IMG/VR virus record: IMGVR_UViG_3300042445_002020
Length of the DNA: 20,000 nucleotides
Source: an uncultured virus (IMG/VR IMGVR_UViG_3300042445_002020)
Lineage: Duplodnaviria > Heunggongvirae > Uroviricota > Caudoviricetes
Reading direction: 5' to 3' (one strand)
The notes under the pieces were generated by a model. That model did not search any database. It was given only the letters and a program-made list of their open reading frames with translations, and was not told the origin of the DNA. A program made the position numbers and the translations under genes. Of the stretch, positions 15,240 through 20,000 are shown one piece after another (within the stretch, counting starts at the first letter, position 1; every line of letters starts with the position of its first letter).

Positions 15240-16617
15240 ATTTAAATACAACCAAGAGAAGAAAGATAAGTACAATTCAAAATCTACCTGTGATTTAAAG
15301 TTGTTCTATGATGGTACCACAATCATATACGATTCATTGTTTGATTTCGAATACCAAAGATATGGTAACAAAAAAAAAGTTCAATTTTACCATAACCTAT
15401 CCTTTAGTACGATTACGGGAGACGTTATTGTTACATATAAAATCATCAACGATAATTTAACCAACGAGAAATCATATAACAACAAAACAAAAACTAAAAA
15501 GAATGATTTTAATTTATTGTTTGAGTTAACCGATAATGGATTTATTAGAGGTGAAAAAAGAATTGGATACTGGGGAGTAAAATATCACAGAGCTCAAGAT
15601 ACAATATGTGAAATGATGATGAATGTATTGAGACCTAAATTCACATCATTATTTTTAAAAGATAAAGAGTACAATAAACCATCACTTAATCGAATGTACG
15701 ATATGTTGGTTGATTTTCATTTGGATTGTAAGAATATTAAATCTCATGATGGAATATATTACGATATACAAAATGATTACCCCAAAAAGAAATGGTTAGT
15801 AAAGAACGATTATAAGTTCCTACCCGCTGTCCTAGATTCGTATGGAATAAAATCCAGATACTTAATTGGTGAATTAAACAAATACGAAGGTAAACCAATA
15901 CACATTAGTTCTTTAAATTACATTTGTAAGTTATTCGGTGAAAATTACATTGACTACATTAAAAAAATAGTGTGGGAAAATCATTGTTTTGATTTACCAC
16001 CAAACAAAAAGACACACCAACTTAAAAATGAATCTGAGAAGGATTGTATGGTAAAGGCTATCAATAATTGGGAAACCGAAACGTTAAGATCGGACACTCT
16101 TATTTATTCGTTAAACAAGTTATTTTCAATACGAGATTTATTGGAAGCTAAAAAAATAGATTTAAAGTTTAAGGCAAAGAATGATAATGAATTTGAAAAC
16201 CATATGGAGACTTGGTTAGGATACAAATTACACTTTTCCAGAGGATATAGAGTTAGGTACTCAATACCGACAGATATTGTTAATGATGTAGAGACAGATA
16301 TTGTCCTTAATGGTGAAATTTATAAACCAAACGTATTGTTGACAGAAGAAGATTATAGGGTTGAGGGGTTTACCATGAAGAATTGTATGGCTAAACAATT
16401 TCCTCACGGATCTATCTATATTTTTATATCTTTACATCATGGAAGAAAAAGGATTAACCTACAATATAGAAAAGGTAATCTAATACAATCATATGGTAAG
16501 GCAAATACAAAAGTTTCCGATTCATATAATGAAGTAATTGATATATTAACACAAAGAATGAAAAAATATCACAACATAGAGTGGAAAAAAGAGAAATACG
16601 ACTTCTTAAGTTATTGA
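15229..16617 (+). CDS. PcfJ-like domain protein (paralog 2)
   Basis: Likely start ATG 15229. EEDYRVEGFTMKNCMAKQ and QSYGKAN. Shares YPxxKxLxKNDxK and CxxFGxN blocks with paralog 1. Confidence 0.7.
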   Translation: MDLLFKYNQEKKDKYNSKSTCDLKLFYDGTTIIYDSLFDFEYQRYGNKKKVQFYHNLSFSTITGDVIVTYKIINDNLTNEKSYNNKTKTKKNDFNLLFELTDNGFIRGEKRIGYWGVKYHRAQDTICEMMMNVLRPKFTSLFLKDKEYNKPSLNRMYDMLVDFHLDCKNIKSHDGIYYDIQNDYPKKKWLVKNDYKFLPAVLDSYGIKSRYLIGELNKYEGKPIHISSLNYICKLFGENYIDYIKKIVWENHCFDLPPNKKTHQLKNESEKDCMVKAINNWETETLRSDTLIYSLNKLFSIRDLLEAKKIDLKFKAKNDNEFENHMETWLGYKLHFSRGYRVRYSIPTDIVNDVETDIVLNGEIYKPNVLLTEEDYRVEGFTMKNCMAKQFPHGSIYIFISLHHGRKRINLQYRKGNLIQSYGKANTKVSDSYNEVIDILTQRMKKYHNIEWKKEKYDFLSY

Positions 16618-16628
16618 TAATCAATAGT
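16610..16628. promoter_or_regulatory. 7-1-7 palindrome, Fur-box-like candidate operator
   Basis: TATTGAT-A-ATCAATA (16612-16626). The 19-mer GTTATTGATAATCAATAGT matches GATAATGATAATCATTATC at 14 of 19 positions. Confidence 0.35.
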
Positions 16629-16650
16629 TAAAAAATATTTTCATTTAAAT

Positions 16651-16681
16651 TTTGTGGTATTAATTTGATTGTATATATTTG
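16651..16681 (+). promoter_or_regulatory. Bacteroidota-type sigma-A promoter (perfect consensus)
   Basis: TTTG (16651-16654), 19-nt spacer, TATATTTG (16674-16681). Confidence 0.75.
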
Positions 16682-16702
16682 TTTTATAAAACATAGAAAA
16701 AC

Positions 16703-16867
16703 ATGCAAGAGAAAGAATCAAAATCAAATAGTCATTTTTGGATTAGCATTGTAAAATCGGGTATCAGGTTTGGTGCTTGTTTTTTCCTATTTCAAGGTGA
16801 CGTAAAAATTGCGGCAGTATTGTTTGGACTGGCAGAGGTCTTAGGTATTGCTGAAGAAATATTTTAA
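16703..16867 (+). CDS. Small membrane protein (54 aa); not in ORF track
   Basis: Hand translation MQEKESKSNSHFWISIVKSGIRFGACFFLFQGDVKIAAVLFGLAEVLGIAEEIF*. First gene after the promoter. Confidence 0.75.
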   Translation: MQEKESKSNSHFWISIVKSGIRFGACFFLFQGDVKIAAVLFGLAEVLGIAEEIF

Positions 16868-16912
16868 CTATGAATTTTTATTTAACACGAGCATTCGTAA
16901 AAAAATTAAAAG

Positions 16913-17212
16913 ATGAAAACAACAGAAAGACCAACAAACAATTTCGACACGATAGTGTTCAAAGAACTCAACTTTCAACCACACCCAATGGGAATGGGGG
17001 AACAATGTATAGTACAATTTCCAAATGGTTACGGAGCTAGCATTGCTCGAAGCCAATACACGTATGGTGGAAAAGATGGTTTATATGAATTGGCTGTATT
17101 TGGGAAGGATGGTCAAATAACTTACAACACATCAATTACTAATGATGTACTTGGTTATCTATCGAAAGAAGATGTGGAAAAAACATTATTTGATATTAAA
17201 AACTTAGATTAA
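16913..17212 (+). CDS. Hypothetical phage protein
   Basis: 99 aa; FPNGYGASI...YGGKDGLYELAV resembles a common uncharacterised phage family; TAATG overlap with the next gene. Confidence 0.75.
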   Translation: MKTTERPTNNFDTIVFKELNFQPHPMGMGEQCIVQFPNGYGASIARSQYTYGGKDGLYELAVFGKDGQITYNTSITNDVLGYLSKEDVEKTLFDIKNLD

Positions 17213-17475
17213 TGACAAGTGAAACTAAATTCAGAGCGGGATTAGTAATGACACTATTAGGGTTAATTATGATGACATTTTTATACTTTGAAAAGGATAG
17301 GGTGTATCAAGAACTTAAAATATCGTCATCGGCACAAATTGATAGTTTACGAGATGAATTATTTATTAAATTTACTGAGGTTAGTCGCTATGAAATTGCT
17401 CTTGAAATCTTCAAAGAACAAAACAAAAAAGAAGCAGATGAATTTGAATTAATATTAATAACACAAACAGAGTAA
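17212..17475 (+). CDS. Hypothetical protein with N-terminal TM helix
   Basis: Hydrophobic AGLVMTLLGLIMMTFLYF; translationally coupled. Confidence 0.7.
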   Translation: MTSETKFRAGLVMTLLGLIMMTFLYFEKDRVYQELKISSSAQIDSLRDELFIKFTEVSRYEIALEIFKEQNKKEADEFELILITQTE

Positions 17476-17477
17476 AA

Positions 17478-17801
17478 ATGTCAGACGAAGAGTTTAAAAA
17501 TCATATTAGTGGTGACCTAAATTTAGGTGGAACAAAATACTTAAACATAAAAGCCAGCACCATTGTCAGTTTGAATGAACAATTTACAATTTATACGGAG
17601 GATGGACCAAAGTATTTAAATGTTAATATAAGTGCAGATTTTGATGAAGTACCAAAAAAATATCATGAGATATTTTTAAATGTATTGACTTCAAAATATT
17701 CAAACTCGGTTTCATTTGGGAATAATCCATTTTCGGAATGTAAACCAGTTCAAAAAAAGAAGTGGTGGCAGTTTTGGAAAACACAATATTTCACAAACTA
17801 A
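17478..17801 (+). CDS. Hypothetical protein with C-terminal KKKWWQFWK motif
   Basis: 107 aa, 2 nt after the previous stop. Confidence 0.7.
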   Translation: MSDEEFKNHISGDLNLGGTKYLNIKASTIVSLNEQFTIYTEDGPKYLNVNISADFDEVPKKYHEIFLNVLTSKYSNSVSFGNNPFSECKPVQKKKWWQFWKTQYFTN

Positions 17802-17805
17802 AAAC

Positions 17806-17964
17806 ATGTATATGATGTATGTTGCGTTATTAATGATTGTTACAGGTTTATGGATGGCTTACGAGATTTGGAGAGCACCATTACTGGAAGAAACTGAAAA
17901 TGGTAATTATAAAACTAAAAGACCAACTAAAAAACTAAGTGACTTATGGCGAAAGCGACGTTAA
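17806..17964 (+). CDS. Small membrane protein (52 aa)
   Basis: Likely start ATG 17806 (MYMMYVALLMIVTGLWMAYEIWRAP); basic tail. Confidence 0.6.
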   Translation: MYMMYVALLMIVTGLWMAYEIWRAPLLEETENGNYKTKRPTKKLSDLWRKRR

Positions 17965-18191
17965 AATATGATTTGAGTGATCCGGACGATGTTATGGAAC
18001 ACAAAAGAGCGGTTAAATCTTTAGATATGGCAATGGCTCTATGGGATATTGTACATAACACTAAAAAAGGTTTAGAATGGTCAATGGAGGGTAAAGAAAT
18101 TGACAAATACGATGCTTTGGAATTGGTGTATGAAAAGATACACGAAATATTAGATAACCATAACATCAATACGGACGAACTAATTAACTGA
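17946..18191 (+). CDS. Hypothetical phage protein
   Basis: 81 aa, helical, overlaps the previous gene. Confidence 0.7.
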   Translation: MAKATLKYDLSDPDDVMEHKRAVKSLDMAMALWDIVHNTKKGLEWSMEGKEIDKYDALELVYEKIHEILDNHNINTDELIN

Positions 18192-18198
18192 TATTTAT
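18191..18198 (+). promoter_or_regulatory. ATATTTAT motif upstream of iscU, candidate phage-specific promoter
   Basis: Same core as 8808-8816 and at a similar distance from the ATG (18215). Confidence 0.45.
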
Positions 18199-18214
18199 CA
18201 TATAAACAAATACT

Positions 18215-18685
18215 ATGGCATACGGAGATAAGGTGATAGACCATTTCAATAATCCAAGAAACGTAGGAACCTTGGATAAATCTAAGTTAAGCGTGGGAAC
18301 AGGCTTGGTTGGTGCACCTGAATGTGGTGATGTCATGAGATTACAAATAGAAGTGATTGACAACATCATTGTTGATGCAAAATTTAAAACCTTCGGATGT
18401 GGTTCAGCAATCGCCTCTTCTTCAGTAGCCACTGAATGGTTGAAAGGAAAGAGTATCGATGATGCGTTGACGATTGATAACATGGATTTAGTGGAGGAAC
18501 TATCGTTACCTCCAGTTAAGATACATTGTTCAGTATTGGCTGAAGATGCTATTAAATCCGCAATAAATGACTATAGAAAGAAGCAAGGATTACAAGAAAT
18601 TAAATTCGAGGATATCTTTAATGACGAAAAAAGAGAAAGTGTTAAACAGTTTATTTTAGAAAACAAACAAAAAAATAAGTTATGA
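18215..18685 (+). CDS. iscU: Fe-S cluster scaffold IscU
   Basis: DHFNNPRNVG, GAPECGDVM, FKTFGCGSAIASSS and LPPVKIHCS (three Cys plus the HscA-binding LPPVK motif), with a charged C-terminal extension. Confidence 0.95.
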   Translation: MAYGDKVIDHFNNPRNVGTLDKSKLSVGTGLVGAPECGDVMRLQIEVIDNIIVDAKFKTFGCGSAIASSSVATEWLKGKSIDDALTIDNMDLVEELSLPPVKIHCSVLAEDAIKSAINDYRKKQGLQEIKFEDIFNDEKRESVKQFILENKQKNKL

Positions 18686-18990
18686 GTTTTATCATTGGTA
18701 GGGCTTGTGTTGATTGTATGGATACTGCATGTGCAAATGTGTGTCCTGTTGATTGTATTCACGGACCAATTGATATAGAGGGTTCAGGTTCGGAAGTTGG
18801 GAAACAAGGTAAAGATGCGTTCCCTGGTGGACAACTTTACATAAATCCAGATATATGTATCAATTGTGGTGCATGTGTACCTGAATGTCCCGTTAGTGCT
18901 ATTTATGAGGACGAAGATTTAGCAATAAAAGCAGGTGATGAAGAGTATGTTCATAAGAACTACGAATTCTTTGGTTTAAAATATAATTAA
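18682..18990 (+). CDS. Dicluster ferredoxin, probably 7Fe ([3Fe-4S][4Fe-4S]) FdxA type
   Basis: CVDCMDTACANVCPVDC (Cx2Cx4Cx3CP, as in Azotobacter FdI) and CINCGACVPECP. ATGA overlap with iscU. Confidence 0.9.
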   Translation: MSFIIGRACVDCMDTACANVCPVDCIHGPIDIEGSGSEVGKQGKDAFPGGQLYINPDICINCGACVPECPVSAIYEDEDLAIKAGDEEYVHKNYEFFGLKYN

Positions 18991-18991
18991 G

Positions 18992-19321
18992 ATGGTTACA
19001 GTATCGGATAAAGCACTTGAACATGTTATAGAATTAATGATGAATCAGGGGATAAATCCTGATACTCATTACCTTCGTGTTGGGGTTAAAGGTGGTGGAT
19101 GTAGTGGATTATCATATGCAATGGATTTTGACGACACAATAACTGATATGGATGAAGTTGTTGATTTAAATGTATTGAGGGTTATAATAGATAAAAAATC
19201 AGTTCTATATCTATATGGTACCGAATTAGACTATTCCGATGGATTAAACGGAAAAGGTTTTAATTGGATTAACCCACAGGCAAGCCGCACTTGTGGATGT
19301 GGAGAAAGTTTTGCTCTCTAA
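18992..19321 (+). CDS. iscA: A-type Fe-S carrier (IscA/SufA/HesB family)
   Basis: LRVGVKGGGCSGLSY, LYGTELDY and NPQASRTCGCGESF. Confidence 0.93.
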   Translation: MVTVSDKALEHVIELMMNQGINPDTHYLRVGVKGGGCSGLSYAMDFDDTITDMDEVVDLNVLRVIIDKKSVLYLYGTELDYSDGLNGKGFNWINPQASRTCGCGESFAL

Positions 19322-19377
19322 ATTTTTTATTTTCAATTTTATTTCATATATTTTATTAAACAATAAAACGTAATATT

Positions 19378-19659
19378 ATGCCGGAATTTTCAGCAGAGGT
19401 TGACATCGACCCAAGTGAGTTTATTGACTCATGTAGTAAAAAAGAAAAAGATAGATTAGTTGAAATCCTAATTGAGGATGGGTACATCCAACCAGACCAA
19501 AACACTAAAAGTAATAAAAATGGTGTTCGTAGACCAAACGTCAATGACCAAATATTTTGGGAAAGCTTAGAAAATCTTGCAAAGTGTAGAGATTTATTAT
19601 CTGTCGAAGAAGAAAACTTTATTAATAATTTGGGAAATAAATTTAAATACATTAGATGA
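19378..19659 (+). CDS. Hypothetical protein
   Basis: 93 aa with an A-rich leader; ATGA overlap with the next gene. Confidence 0.7.
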   Translation: MPEFSAEVDIDPSEFIDSCSKKEKDRLVEILIEDGYIQPDQNTKSNKNGVRRPNVNDQIFWESLENLAKCRDLLSVEEENFINNLGNKFKYIR

Positions 19660-19754
19660 TAAATTTATTAATTATTTTTGGGTTTATATTTTTTGCTGCA
19701 ACATCAGTTTTTGGTGTGGTTGATTTACTGAGACAAATAAATAAATTGAAATGA
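19656..19754 (+). CDS. Single-TM peptide (32 aa); not in ORF track
   Basis: MINLLIIFGFIFFAATSVFGVVDLLRQINKLK*; ATGA overlaps at both ends. Confidence 0.65.
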   Translation: MINLLIIFGFIFFAATSVFGVVDLLRQINKLK

Positions 19755-19987
19755 TTGATTTAATAGGGTGGATTGCATCCTTAGTTGTTTTATCGTCTAT
19801 GACATTTAAAACAATGTGGAAATTAAGATTGGTGAATTCAATTGCTTGTGTTATGTGGATATTCTATGGATACCTCATATCAAACAACCCAACTATATTT
19901 GTAAATTTTGCAATATTGGTGACACACATAATTTGGTTTAATAAAAACAAAGTACATGGAAATCAAACACCCACTAGTAAAGGGTAA
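19751..19987 (+). CDS. Three-helix membrane protein, YgjV / PQ-loop-SemiSWEET-like
   Basis: IGWIAS...KLRLVNSIACVMWIFYGYLI...PTIFVN pattern. Confidence 0.65.
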   Translation: MIDLIGWIASLVVLSSMTFKTMWKLRLVNSIACVMWIFYGYLISNNPTIFVNFAILVTHIIWFNKNKVHGNQTPTSKG

Positions 19988-20000
19988 AGTAAAAGAAATA
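19956..20000 (+). CDS. Partial hypothetical protein (runs off the window)
   Basis: ATG 19956, MEIKHPLVKGKVKEI..., open to the window end. Confidence 0.45.
   Translation, partial: MEIKHPLVKGKVKEI

Noticed and set aside
16270..16304. Short direct repeat ACAGATATTGT twice within PcfJ-like paralog 2
   Set aside because: It encodes a repeated TDIV in frame; two 11-nt copies in AT-rich coding DNA do not indicate a separate element.
8866..19652. Minus-strand ORFs 8866-9069, 11207-11431, 12427-12642, 13347-13535, 13426-13632, 16868-17056, 17927-18244, 18184-18483, 18571-18762 and 19356-19652, plus the + ORF 13175-13360
   Set aside because: They lie antisense to, or overlap, stronger genes, and their composition is typical of shadow ORFs.
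1..20000. Stop-codon reassignment (TAG or TGA recoding, seen in some large phages)
   Set aside because: Conserved genes are full-length in the standard code, and TGA and TAG stops coincide with next-gene starts or terminators.
1..20000. CRISPR array, tRNA, rRNA or IS element
   Set aside because: No regularly spaced repeats, cloverleaf-like sequence or transposase motifs were seen, and intergenic gaps are short. This was judged by eye, not by a covariance-model search.

Overview
Strongly AT-rich, densely packed DNA, read with the standard genetic code and with many ATGA/TAATG gene overlaps. It is most consistent with a large tailed phage infecting Bacteroidota (inference). Supporting signs are TTTG-N19/20-TAnnTTTG promoters, A-rich leaders without an obvious Shine-Dalgarno sequence, many small hypothetical genes and phage-type thyA, PcfJ-like and DNA methyltransferase genes. 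Positions 1-8546 form one minus-strand glycosylation operon. It encodes an RHH-like protein, two GT4 enzymes, three small proteins, GT2, a SAM methyltransferase, GT2, a GT-like protein, an FAD oxidoreductase, an NAD(P) SDR, a TIM-barrel sugar isomerase and a further partial GT2. One of the small proteins resembles an isolated fragment of a T4 gp23-type major capsid protein. The rest is mostly plus strand: DNA methyltransferase, small membrane proteins, an insertion-rich thymidylate synthase, an NlpC/P60 peptidase, two tandem PcfJ-like paralogs and an iscU-7Fe ferredoxin-iscA module. Isolated minus-strand genes (MGCGCK peptide, DUF192, a basic YRGQGR peptide) are each preceded by an ATAnTTATA motif. 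Several probable small genes were missing from the ORF track and were translated by hand. No tRNA, rRNA, CRISPR array or transposase was seen. All family assignments come from motif recognition, not database searches.
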